From a virus (taxonomy: Duplodnaviria > Heunggongvirae > Uroviricota > Caudoviricetes), in the IMG/VR virus record IMGVR_UViG_2657245091_000008: a stretch of DNA of 64,000 bases; one strand, 5' to 3'. Of this stretch, positions 48,901-57,156 are shown one piece after another; positions within the stretch are counted from its first letter, which is position 1; each line of letters opens with the position of its first letter. The notes under the pieces are model-generated. The model ran no database searches, had not been told where the DNA came from, and worked only from the letters and a program-made list of their open reading frames with translations. Made by a program: the position numbers and the translations under genes.

Positions 48901-51900
48901 ATCATCTGCCACTTTACCGCCAGCTACTTTTGGCAAGGCATCAGCAATAGCTTTTACCTGGTCTGCAAGCTCAACGGGGAACTGGAATGTAATCGCACTG
49001 GCATACAGATCCGGGTCTATAGCAACCTTGTCCATGTCACGGATGATGGAGAAGATGAAATCATCCGGTTTGTCGTTAGTGATATGCCCGTTTTCATCGA
49101 CTGTCAGCTCATCATTGCGACTTAACTCCTGAGCACGCTTACGAAGCTCTTCATAAGCAGTCTCCTGCTCCCCTGTCATCGGGATCTGCAAGGTGTTCTC
49201 AATGATGTCGGGAATTTTAACCGTTGCTCCGACATCTGCAGCAGTCTTCAGAGTGGTCCAACGATGGAAAATACCACGCAGGCCGTCAAGGTTCTGGAAG
49301 CCCACCAGCCCCTGCTTCTCTTCCACTTCCCCGGAAATTTTCTGGACCTGAACTGTGGCTGTTTTGCCAAACACACGAACGAAATCATCAGGCGTAATGA
49401 TGCCCATGCGCATCCACTCTTCCTGCGGAATGACAGTAGACAGCATGTTGAAGGCATCAATCGGACTGTTCACCAGCGGAGTTGCCGTCAGCATGACTAC
49501 ACCACGCCCGTTGTTGCGTTTCATCATGTACGCAGCTTTTACAGCCATGTCGCGGGCCATCTTGGATACTGCCGGGTTAGGCAAATATGCCAGTTGTCCC
49601 GCTTCACGCCCGGCATTAAAGGAGTTGCGGTAGTTATGCCCCTCGTCGGCAATCACGCTATCGAAGTTCATATCCTCAAAGTACGGGATATTCTGCTTCT
49701 TCGTTGTACCGGTATTCGCGGCCTGATCCTTAATCTTGTTCTTCTTCTGCGCATCACGGTGTTTACCGGACGCCAGGTCAAGACGCCCCATTTCCACAGC
49801 ATTAAAGACAGCTTGCTGTGAGTTCTCCTCGATGGTTTTTTCTCGTAGCGGGATAGACGCGAATTGTTCTTTTGTCATGATGACCGTTCGCCAATTTGAC
49901 GACGGGATCATGTTCATGCGCTGAACGATAACGGCGCTGGCGGACTCTTTCACAACATTTCTGGTAAGAGGCTGCCCGTTACTGTCGAGGCGTGGTTCGC
50001 CATTTTCATCAAGCACCGGCGCGGTCAGAATATTTCCGCTGTCATCACGAACTTCATCCAAACCGATAAACATCATATTGGCGAAGGCATCAGCACTGTA
50101 GAAACTCTGTGCCTCGTGATACCAGTTCTGATAAACCGCCTTCGGAACAACAATACACGTGCGTTTAGTGCGACCTGTTTCGAAGTTATACGCCTCAAGC
50201 GCAAGCGCGGTCGTGGTTTTACCCAGCCCGGTACCAAATCCCATGATGCCGCGCCCATCTTCTGACAAGCGCCGAACTTCTTCATTCTGATAAGTCAGAG
50301 GAATGCGCTTTCCACTAATCCCTTCCAGGCCAAGCGGTGCGTCAGAATGCGTGAACGGAATGAAACCATTGAATGCGTCGTTATACTCGCGGGCTATCTG
50401 ATCAGCCTGCGGGTGAGTGCGTAACCAGTCGTTAAAGCTAACTTCCAGTTGAGCAATTTTATCCAGGTACTCGTTAGCGTTCTGCCCACGCGGTTTAACA
50501 CCGTTCAGGTAGTTTTCTAACTGGTTCAGGAAGCCGTCTTTATTGTTGGCCTTCTTGAACTCATTCCCGTTTTTGCCGTTTACGGTTCGTAGCTGATAGC
50601 CGGTAAATACACCGTCCTTACCTTCGTAATCGTCCGGAGATACCAGAATGCCATCGACGACCTTCAGATCAGGTTCAGTGTACTTAAACTCGTCATAGCC
50701 CTGCTCTGCCAGGAACTCTTTTATCAAGCGGCGATCCAGCCAGCGGGCATTCAGATTAACGGTGACTTTATTTAGTGGCGTGAAAATACGTTTCTCTTCG
50801 ATTTTCGCCAACTGACGCTCAAAGTTGGCTTTCTGCTCACCTGTTGACGCATCACGCCAGCTCATCAGCAAAGCTGTTTTGGTTGCAATATCGCCGCTGG
50901 TGGCGCGGTCCATCGGCAGCAGGCAGCCATACCCATCAATAGCGATATCATCAAATTTCGCCAGGTATTCAAGGGCCGCGTCGTCGTCCTCTGGCAGTTC
51001 ACCAGCAAACGCCTCACGAAAGTCTCCCAGCGTTATAGGATTAAGGGCTACATCACTGAAAAGATGTGCTATCACTTGTTCAGGACGTGTAAAGTCAATA
51101 CCGGCAGCACCATCCGTTACATCAAGTCGCCCTGCCAGAAGGTCAGAAGTGGAACCATCCTGTTTCACATTGCCAGTGAACGTCATCCAGTTTTTAGCGC
51201 CAGCTTCAGCAAGCCCATTCAGCTTAATGGCGTGCGGTGGCCCATACTTCGCAACTTCTGCTGCCGCCAGGCGGGATGCATCTGCCAGTTTGTCATCAAC
51301 GTTCACACCCAGGTTACGCAAATCAAGTGCCTTGTTGATCAACTGACCTATCAGCGCACCGCGCATAACGCGCTCCCTGTCTTTTTCTCGCTGCTTGCCA
51401 GCAAAGCGAATCATTGCTGCCACTTCATCACTGACAACCGATGGATAGTCGGACGCGATCGCCGATATCTGGTCCCATGACAAAGCCAGAATCCCGTTTG
51501 TTGACTGGAACGCGATCTGCAGATCGCCAAACGTCGAAACACCATATCGACTTACATCAAGCGCGGAGGATTTGGTTGTCGTGTCCTTAACCCATTTCAG
51601 ACCATCAAACTCATGCCAGATACCGCCTACAAGGCGTTTATCGCCCACTTTCGCGCCCTGCCATGCCTGAGTAGTTACGCCGAGCAAATCCCAATTGATG
51701 CGACTATCAAAGCGACGAGATAGCGCGGTTTTCATCGACTCATTGGATACACGACCGTCTTTTTTCACCACCAGGGTATTGCGGAAGCTGGTACGTTCCA
51801 TGTCGCCGTAAACAAATCGCTTCCCTTCGGTTGTAAACCATTTTCCTTTGAGGAAGGTATCCCAAAGGACGTTTGCCGATTTGAGTGTTGAATCATCCGT

Positions 51901-52770
51901 GTCGGGGATCATCTCCAGGAAGGTTTCCGGGTGTTTACGCAATACCCATACGTCCACCACGGTATCTGTACCGGATTCGCTGAACGTACCAGAAGGCATA
52001 CGATGTGCGCCCAAAAATTCCGCTTTACGGCTGACTTTATCGCGCAATTTTTTATATTTCGCACCATCGGTCATGCCATTCGGCACCACCAATACGATAA
52101 GCCCACCAGGCTTAACCTTGTCGATCGTGCGCAGCACAAAGTAATTGCCAACGTTCTTCTCGTTTGCATATGCCGGATCAAGCCCGGCGACACCGGAACG
52201 CCCTTCACCAAACGGTACGTTACCAACAGCGTGATCATACATTGCGTCTTTCGCCGCCAGCGCCTCAAACGCCCCGATATTCACATCGTCTTCCGGGTGC
52301 AAAAGCTGGTTTATTCGACCGGAAATCGGAGACAGTTCGGCGCTGGTCATTATCATGCCCTGCCGTTTTGTCTCCTGGAAAATACCTGTGCCCGCTGATG
52401 GTTCCAGTACGTGCCCGCCATCAATACCGTAGTCAGCAAACAGATCCCATATACCTTCAGCCATAAACTGTGGCGTGTAGTATTCGTATTGGCTGCCCTC
52501 ACCATCTGTCAGGCCGCCTTCACCGGTATACCCGGCAAGAATCTGACGTTGTTCGTCAGTTAATTTCGCCCCATCGAAGCCGGGCGGAAGGGAATTAAGA
52601 AGATTTACTGCGGCATTATTTGCTGCCCGGCGTGTTTTCTGAATACTGACGCCATCGGCTTTCCTGACGCCAAAGGTCGCAACAGCACGTAATTTATGCA
52701 ACCGACTAACAATTTCAATCAGTTCGCCTAAGCTGGAGGCTTCACTGATTGAATGAAGTAGTTTGTCCAA
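45934..52770 (-). CDS. darB: DarB-like antirestriction protein (N6-adenine methyltransferase plus SF2 helicase)
   Basis: 2278-aa single ORF; methyltransferase motif GNVPFGEG near the N-terminus, helicase DEGH box mid-protein; size and architecture match P1 DarB; TTG start with GAGGGGGA Shine-Dalgarno. Confidence 0.75.
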   Translation of the reverse strand: MDKLLHSISEASSLGELIEIVSRLHKLRAVATFGVRKADGVSIQKTRRAANNAAVNLLNSLPPGFDGAKLTDEQRQILAGYTGEGGLTDGEGSQYEYYTPQFMAEGIWDLFADYGIDGGHVLEPSAGTGIFQETKRQGMIMTSAELSPISGRINQLLHPEDDVNIGAFEALAAKDAMYDHAVGNVPFGEGRSGVAGLDPAYANEKNVGNYFVLRTIDKVKPGGLIVLVVPNGMTDGAKYKKLRDKVSRKAEFLGAHRMPSGTFSESGTDTVVDVWVLRKHPETFLEMIPDTDDSTLKSANVLWDTFLKGKWFTTEGKRFVYGDMERTSFRNTLVVKKDGRVSNESMKTALSRRFDSRINWDLLGVTTQAWQGAKVGDKRLVGGIWHEFDGLKWVKDTTTKSSALDVSRYGVSTFGDLQIAFQSTNGILALSWDQISAIASDYPSVVSDEVAAMIRFAGKQREKDRERVMRGALIGQLINKALDLRNLGVNVDDKLADASRLAAAEVAKYGPPHAIKLNGLAEAGAKNWMTFTGNVKQDGSTSDLLAGRLDVTDGAAGIDFTRPEQVIAHLFSDVALNPITLGDFREAFAGELPEDDDAALEYLAKFDDIAIDGYGCLLPMDRATSGDIATKTALLMSWRDASTGEQKANFERQLAKIEEKRIFTPLNKVTVNLNARWLDRRLIKEFLAEQGYDEFKYTEPDLKVVDGILVSPDDYEGKDGVFTGYQLRTVNGKNGNEFKKANNKDGFLNQLENYLNGVKPRGQNANEYLDKIAQLEVSFNDWLRTHPQADQIAREYNDAFNGFIPFTHSDAPLGLEGISGKRIPLTYQNEEVRRLSEDGRGIMGFGTGLGKTTTALALEAYNFETGRTKRTCIVVPKAVYQNWYHEAQSFYSADAFANMMFIGLDEVRDDSGNILTAPVLDENGEPRLDSNGQPLTRNVVKESASAVIVQRMNMIPSSNWRTVIMTKEQFASIPLREKTIEENSQQAVFNAVEMGRLDLASGKHRDAQKKNKIKDQAANTGTTKKQNIPYFEDMNFDSVIADEGHNYRNSFNAGREAGQLAYLPNPAVSKMARDMAVKAAYMMKRNNGRGVVMLTATPLVNSPIDAFNMLSTVIPQEEWMRMGIITPDDFVRVFGKTATVQVQKISGEVEEKQGLVGFQNLDGLRGIFHRWTTLKTAADVGATVKIPDIIENTLQIPMTGEQETAYEELRKRAQELSRNDELTVDENGHITNDKPDDFIFSIIRDMDKVAIDPDLYASAITFQFPVELADQVKAIADALPKVAGGKVADDVDEAEEDGAGGLVSTRTSKVVKTAFSEHPTHVEIRASIELEAEILKAIAAAGIDMQQVSHPIPPKYAALIENLREGLKNGKQIVFIDEKAQHQKLRRIIASALQMPEQEIGIINATTVSQAGGIKLKKVNKPTEPTPNKNGEYKEGAWETYYSKLAQYEDYLSAKNDAGLEGMEGIAADYNEGRTRIIICNKKAEVGINLHIGTTDIHHLTLPWTPASIDQRNGRGARVGSPQEKVNVHYYCGKGTFDDFRLDTLKRKKDWIKMVMTSDMSEIANGDADDADERAIMLAANPEERRAIMARQAQEREERLKLKAQREANNALDIYLKAANAAGKDIGMMETELKSAMEQIEYYQRNLDDLIKAGTNRNGQKYALEQLSSYRKRARVLRFAITRAKDADTIMKRSRGDVERAIKSGVLDISIDVIQNPQEYMRTDKNILLHKGSYYRAVIDDRETTAIVRVEKIDGEKAQYICRIAWLDRASRYARSPGSIVTLPFDSVIEAVTFEEGVAESRATAARGVQCHQLSTILTRDQFYDAIRNGVMNVIAGKPGNAWGGGSAIKYWAYRTDDGQIALSSTYDGVIGQKIGRASDIAPERWIYPDGNDEALKREVAKIQASDNPLNIVDGEGFLQALYGYDYIQGMQAWGAQATMDDVAQEFENWMAGRGLSGRSLNKVTSEDILSLFRKPSGEGLESFWRTVLAYRLFQGRMKAFSNIDDIERMFNQVKIAKIKTKIEKTRSALVAWRDALFEQYKSLSDADGWAALEQLANNGVDGAKLAIVQADNPLESPAAQWIKVGAVINAFDEKYISKDDFADAVSVNRLVEMATRRARELKDGDYVNELPDALKSATWQDYVSLKNGGATESEIAERLEQAESKREEQAAVAEARADEAANDDYIIVVNDKPIRAKARVRGRWWSVSEDVGAVYLIADQPGSSTIRNAKDAIKKIGGRFWNFEANPVADVNFDRPAWMVSTRYSVDELRKIIADAA

Positions 52771-52921
52771 AGGATTTCCCCCTCTAAACCGTAAAAAATT
52801 CCGCTATGCGGTACGGTTGAGAGGGTATGGAGAATGTTATTTTCAGGGGGACGATACTACCGTCAAAATCACATACTCCCCATAGTTTGCCTACTTATTA
52901 ACCCATGACCGGGAGAAAAAT

Positions 52922-53407
52922 ATGGCAAACATTGAACCTCGCTGGCTAATTGAAGCCCGTAAGCACATTGGCCTGACTGAAATAAAAGGCGCTAAACACA
53001 ACCCTGAAATCGTTCAGTTCTGGCGCGACATCAAGCGCGGCGGAATTAAAGACGATGAAACGCCGTGGTGCGCAGCATTTGTCGGTGCAATGCTGGAACG
53101 TGTAGGCATCCGCTCAACAAGATTTGAGTCGGCAAAATCCTATCTGGATTGGGGCGAGAAATTAGATACACCGGCATACGGATGTATCGTTGTATTTACC
53201 CGCGTAGGCGGTGGACACGTAGGCTTCGTTGTCGGACGCCGCGCCAATGGCGATCTGCTTGTCTTGGGTGGGAACCAGGGGGATGCGGTTAATATTCGCG
53301 CATTCCCAACATCAAGAGTGTCTGGCTATCGCTGGCCTGCTGGCGAACCACGCAATACCGCTCTGTTACCAGTCGGAGACGCAGCAACCTCAACTAATGA
53401 GGCATGA
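52922..53407 (+). CDS. putative cell-wall hydrolase (NlpC/P60-CHAP-like, TIGR02594-like)
   Basis: 161 aa; conserved Cys in TPWCAAFVG and His in GGGHVGFVVG. Confidence 0.5.
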   Translation: MANIEPRWLIEARKHIGLTEIKGAKHNPEIVQFWRDIKRGGIKDDETPWCAAFVGAMLERVGIRSTRFESAKSYLDWGEKLDTPAYGCIVVFTRVGGGHVGFVVGRRANGDLLVLGGNQGDAVNIRAFPTSRVSGYRWPAGEPRNTALLPVGDAATSTNEA

Positions 53408-53431
53408 AAAAAGCCCCGGCCAGGCCGGGGC
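53406..53431 (-). terminator. GC hairpin plus U run (minus-strand terminator); also present as a repeat at 12489-12507
   Basis: GCCCCGGCCAGGCCGGGGC preceded on the plus strand by AAAAAA. Confidence 0.5.
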
Positions 53432-53439
53432 ATCACGCT

Positions 53440-53640
53440 TCAAGTCACGATCCAATCATTACCGACTATATCAGCCGTCGATAAATCAACTTCCCGGATC
53501 TGGAGTCCATTAATACAAAACCATCCGGTAGTAGAGTAATTATCAGGCCAGGCCCATACACCAACACTCCATGCTTTACGGCGGCACACTTCAGCCTGTC
53601 CTTCCCTGATTTTTTTTACCGCCTGCATGATGTCCATCAC
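53440..53640 (-). CDS. hypothetical small protein downstream of ant copy 2
   Basis: 66-aa ORF; its homologue in copy 1 is fused in frame to the ant gene. Confidence 0.35.
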   Translation of the reverse strand: MMDIMQAVKKIREGQAEVCRRKAWSVGVWAWPDNYSTTGWFCINGLQIREVDLSTADIVGNDWIVT

Positions 53641-54344
53641 TCACCTCCCCAACCGATCACCTGGAATTGCCCCATTTTGGGGTGATACCAGCGTTTTCCT
53701 CGGTGTTCAGCCTCCGACATCATCCGGTTAAAAGCATTCATGAAGGGATATAAGGCCACGATGGAACGACGCGACAATACCCCCTCTGGAGTTAAAAACT
53801 CATGCGTATCGGTGGGAATCCGGTAAGCGTTGACAAGGTTGCGGCATTTGGCTTCAGTCAGGCCACATTTCGCCGCCAGCTGGCGGTAGCCAATGTAGCC
53901 TTCCGGAATATTGCCTTTCTTTATTTGCTCGACGGTTTCAGCGACCTGGCTAACCTTTGACTCAACAGCATGAATCCGCTTTTGCTGCTGAACTGCATTC
54001 GCAGCCATTGCAGCGATCATCTCTATTTCGGTCAACGGCTGGCGTACTTGTTCTTCCAGTTCGCGCCAGCGGTCCACCAGCCGGGCGGTGAATTCGGGAG
54101 AGAGCTGCGCGACGACAATGATGCTGTCTCGTTTGCCTTGCTCGCCTTCGAAGACGTAAGCCTCAACGCCACGACGCAATCCTAAGTTATTGATTTTTTC
54201 GAAAACAGCCATTGGCGGTTTTCGGATAATGCTTCGAGCAACCATACGCTCAATACTACGTTTAACGTCAGAGTGTTGGCTTCCCACCAGCTCCGCAATC
54301 TCAATGCTGGTCATTGATAGTTTTTCGAGAATGCAGATACCCAT
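53637..54344 (-). CDS. antirepressor-like protein (Rha/Ant family), copy 2
   Basis: 235 aa; paralogue of 12557-13456; coupled to the upstream Icd-like ORF. Confidence 0.65.
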   Translation of the reverse strand: MGICILEKLSMTSIEIAELVGSQHSDVKRSIERMVARSIIRKPPMAVFEKINNLGLRRGVEAYVFEGEQGKRDSIIVVAQLSPEFTARLVDRWRELEEQVRQPLTEIEMIAAMAANAVQQQKRIHAVESKVSQVAETVEQIKKGNIPEGYIGYRQLAAKCGLTEAKCRNLVNAYRIPTDTHEFLTPEGVLSRRSIVALYPFMNAFNRMMSEAEHRGKRWYHPKMGQFQVIGWGGE

Positions 54345-54568
54345 CAGTGAGCCTCCGCAATGCCGGGATTGGTAATATTGCGATACCAGGGATTAGTGTT
54401 TGGTTGTGGGGAAGTAGAGAAACGACCAGTAAGAACACCATGCTGATCAGGGATCAGAGAACGGGCTTCTTTTTCGGTTGCGGCAATTGCGAAGTGATCG
54501 CAGCGTTTTTGCAGGGAGTGGAAACGCCAGATGAATTCTGGACGTGAACAAGGATTGGCATTAACCAT
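54344..54568 (-). CDS. Icd-like small protein, copy 2
   Basis: 74 aa; paralogue of 13456-13671. Confidence 0.5.
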   Translation of the reverse strand: MVNANPCSRPEFIWRFHSLQKRCDHFAIAATEKEARSLIPDQHGVLTGRFSTSPQPNTNPWYRNITNPGIAEAH

Positions 54569-54890
54569 AGTTACGGCCTCACTAACAGGTTTAACAACCT
54601 GCCACCCGCTGTCAAACAGGTGGCAGGACGTGACAGGGTTGACAGACTGGCGTTAGTGAAACCAGCAGGCCGAAGCCTCCCCATCACGCCCCACCATAAT
54701 TCGGGCGTAACGCGGTTTACGGACACAAAAATACCGCAATATCGGAAATCTGCGGTTGTCCGCACTAACATTCAGGCTGTCAAACCCGGTCGCAGAATTT
54801 GCTACGACGGCATGAATATAAGCCTGAAAACATGGAAGATCAACTAAAAATTTCAGCAATGGATGACTTCAGTCGATGATGCAGATCATA
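54569..54890 (-). ncRNA. structured untranslated leader, candidate c4-like antisense RNA region (copy 2)
   Basis: CTGTCAAAC occurs twice (54609-54617, 54777-54785) with its complement GTTGACAG at 54638-54645; 9-bp stem hairpin CCTGCCACC...GGTGGCAGG. Confidence 0.3.
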
Positions 54891-54894
54891 CATT

Positions 54895-54931
54895 CCGTTT
54901 TAGAAACAGCAAATTAATTTTCTAACATAAA
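54895..54931. promoter_or_regulatory. operator-like inverted pair upstream of immI-like module 2
   Basis: GTTTTAGAAACAGC ... ATTTTCTAACATAAAT. Confidence 0.5.
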
Positions 54932-54981
54932 TCATCGGCCGAGCATTTTCCGATCATTGGGATGTTTTGTAGACACACAGG

Positions 54982-55944
54982 TCATCCCCTAAATCCCGCA
55001 GGGATTGACCAATCCTCACGGTCAAATTCAGACCGATAGCCACGCTGTTTCATCAGGTCAAAGGCTTCACCAATGGTTGCACACCCCTGGGAGCCAGAAT
55101 AATCCATTGAGAAATCTAGGGCACTGGATTGTTTAGGCTTATTCACTGCGGTAGCGGCACTACGTATCCATGCAAATTTTTTTGCCAGCTTTTCAGCGGT
55201 ACGATACAGAGCCTGCCGTTTTGCGTGCCCCTCGTCTGAACGACGCTTTGCAGCTCTCGCTTTTGCCGCCGCCAGGCAGTGGTTGGTATGTTCTTCCCTG
55301 ATTACTGGTTTTTTATCCAGTACCACGTTATCCGTTTGAGAACTATCTGCTGGTGAAGCCTTTGGCTGAACCGCGCATGATCTTTCTCTTCTTTTGGCTA
55401 TAGAGTGACTCTTATTTTCTATTGGCTGTTCATTTTGAACATGGGGGGACTTGTTCAATTTGAACAGGGGGTTCCCAGTTTCAAAAAAATAACGAACCTT
55501 TGAAATCAACTGCTTAACCAGTTTTGTGGCGTTGGCAAATTTGATGCCCTGCTTACCCCCTATCTCCATTGCTACATGAATGAAGTGGAGAAATTGTGTC
55601 GTAAACCGATATACGTTACACACCTGGGCATTGTTATTCGCTACCTGATGTTGCTTAACAAGCATTCCGCACTTCGTCGCTTCAGCAAATGCCCGGCGCA
55701 CAGTAGAAATACTGCGTCCTGTAATCTCGGACATATCAGCATATGAGCGACGGATCATGTATTCATCGGTAGACCCTGCCAGGTTAGCGAACTCGGCAAT
55801 AATGGCGCTATGTGAAGGGGAAAGAAGACCGCTATGACGAGCAAAAAAACTCAACTGATGACCTTTGATTTTTTTGTGGTATTCAGTGTTGTTTTTATAC
55901 TCAGAAGTGTTGAAAGTTACTGAAACTGAATTTAAAATACTCAC
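54982..55944 (-). CDS. putative replication / DNA-binding protein with HTH (RepL-like?)
   Basis: 320 aa; HTH-like segment YADMSEITGRSISTVRRAFAEATKCGMLV and a basic C-terminal half; operator-like site in its promoter. Confidence 0.35.
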   Translation of the reverse strand: MSILNSVSVTFNTSEYKNNTEYHKKIKGHQLSFFARHSGLLSPSHSAIIAEFANLAGSTDEYMIRRSYADMSEITGRSISTVRRAFAEATKCGMLVKQHQVANNNAQVCNVYRFTTQFLHFIHVAMEIGGKQGIKFANATKLVKQLISKVRYFFETGNPLFKLNKSPHVQNEQPIENKSHSIAKRRERSCAVQPKASPADSSQTDNVVLDKKPVIREEHTNHCLAAAKARAAKRRSDEGHAKRQALYRTAEKLAKKFAWIRSAATAVNKPKQSSALDFSMDYSGSQGCATIGEAFDLMKQRGYRSEFDREDWSIPAGFRG

Positions 55945-56112
55945 CAGATAGTTCCGTGAAAAAATCTATCTACCGTATAAATCTATGGCAGTGGATTTAT
56001 ACACCCAAAAAGCCGCTTCTCAGCGGCTTTTGCTTTTTTGGCAGTCGCTACCGGAGCAGTGACCGCGATCCTACTCGATCCCATCCACCAGGATCAACAG
56101 TGTATATAAATA

Positions 56113-56132
56113 CACTATGTTAGAAATTTAAC
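56113..56132. promoter_or_regulatory. operator-like site
   Basis: ATGTTAGAAATTTAAC upstream of the 55944 start. Confidence 0.45.
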
Positions 56133-56144
56133 TTAACAAGGCGA

Positions 56145-57143
56145 TTACCCCCTTCTAGAAACGAAGAGTAACGGGGTGGTGTTTTTGTTCTCTTTCGGTG
56201 ATAACTCTGGTTCTTTCTTGCCTGATACCGGTAAGCCATAAGTAGCATTTGCCCCAAGAGATTCAAGCATCGCAGCCACTATGCGGGCATCATCTTCAGA
56301 CTGCATACGGCAGAGCGCCCGGCGCTGTTCTGCGCTGATAAAAACAGGCATTTCCTGGATAGCGTCACGCAAAATCCGGCGGCATTGCTTTGCATTTTCC
56401 CCCTGGCTTTCCATCATCGCTGTTTGAGCGCGCAGCTTATCTCGAAGCTGTATGTTTTCCACTTCAAGGAGCATCAATTCTGATTCCAGGGCTTCACGAT
56501 GTGCAGATTCGAGCATGGCTTGCTGATTTTTCATTGCTGAAAAGTGGTGAACCAGATCCGTAGCAGCGTTATCAGTAAAACCTTGTTCGATAAGTGCTGC
56601 ATGAATAGCCGCATCGCGCTCTTCTGCTGATTCAAGCATCAGGCTTTTCTTGTCGAGGCTGATATAGTTAGGCACAGTTACGTAATCAAAGCCGTGGAAA
56701 GACTTTACCAGGGATACCGATGAATCTGGACCAGATGTAGCCCACGACCAACCACCAGCACCAGAATTAATCATGCCCTGAACAATACGCCCGGTGTCTG
56801 TATCCAGTATTTCCTGCGTATGCGTAACAATGCCGTTGTCGTCAATCGAAATGTCGATAGTCCTGTTTGACGGCACGTTCTCCAATACAACAGGCTTCCC
56901 ATCTACCATCACAACAGAGACTTCCGGCAAGTTCAGGCTTTTCGTTTTGTTATAGTGCATCGCCCGGCGACCATGACCGTAATAACCATACATCTCACCC
57001 AGCGCGATACGCTCTTTTGTTTCTGGCGAGTTGAATGTGTCTCGTACCGACTGAATGACGTAATTTCGGTTGTTCTGCGGTGTGTGTTTGCGGATTTTCT
57101 CTACCAGGGAGAAGCGATCCGTAACAGTATTCAGTGATTGCAT
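56145..57143 (-). CDS. hypothetical protein
   Basis: 332-aa ORF, 13 bp downstream of the 560-aa gene. Confidence 0.45.
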   Translation of the reverse strand: MQSLNTVTDRFSLVEKIRKHTPQNNRNYVIQSVRDTFNSPETKERIALGEMYGYYGHGRRAMHYNKTKSLNLPEVSVVMVDGKPVVLENVPSNRTIDISIDDNGIVTHTQEILDTDTGRIVQGMINSGAGGWSWATSGPDSSVSLVKSFHGFDYVTVPNYISLDKKSLMLESAEERDAAIHAALIEQGFTDNAATDLVHHFSAMKNQQAMLESAHREALESELMLLEVENIQLRDKLRAQTAMMESQGENAKQCRRILRDAIQEMPVFISAEQRRALCRMQSEDDARIVAAMLESLGANATYGLPVSGKKEPELSPKENKNTTPLLFVSRRG

Positions 57144-57156
57144 TATTTCCCTCCGG

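Noticed and set aside
47494-49821. Several 185-295-aa plus-strand ORFs inside darB
   Set aside because: All are antisense to the single continuous 6.8-kb reading frame and have low-complexity, Cys/Phe-rich translations; long antisense frames are expected within a gene of this length.
2954-56132. CRISPR array formed by the recurrent TGTTAGAAA motif
   Set aside because: Copies are tens of kb apart, irregularly spaced, in both orientations and promoter-proximal; this is an operator-like pattern, not a repeat-spacer array.
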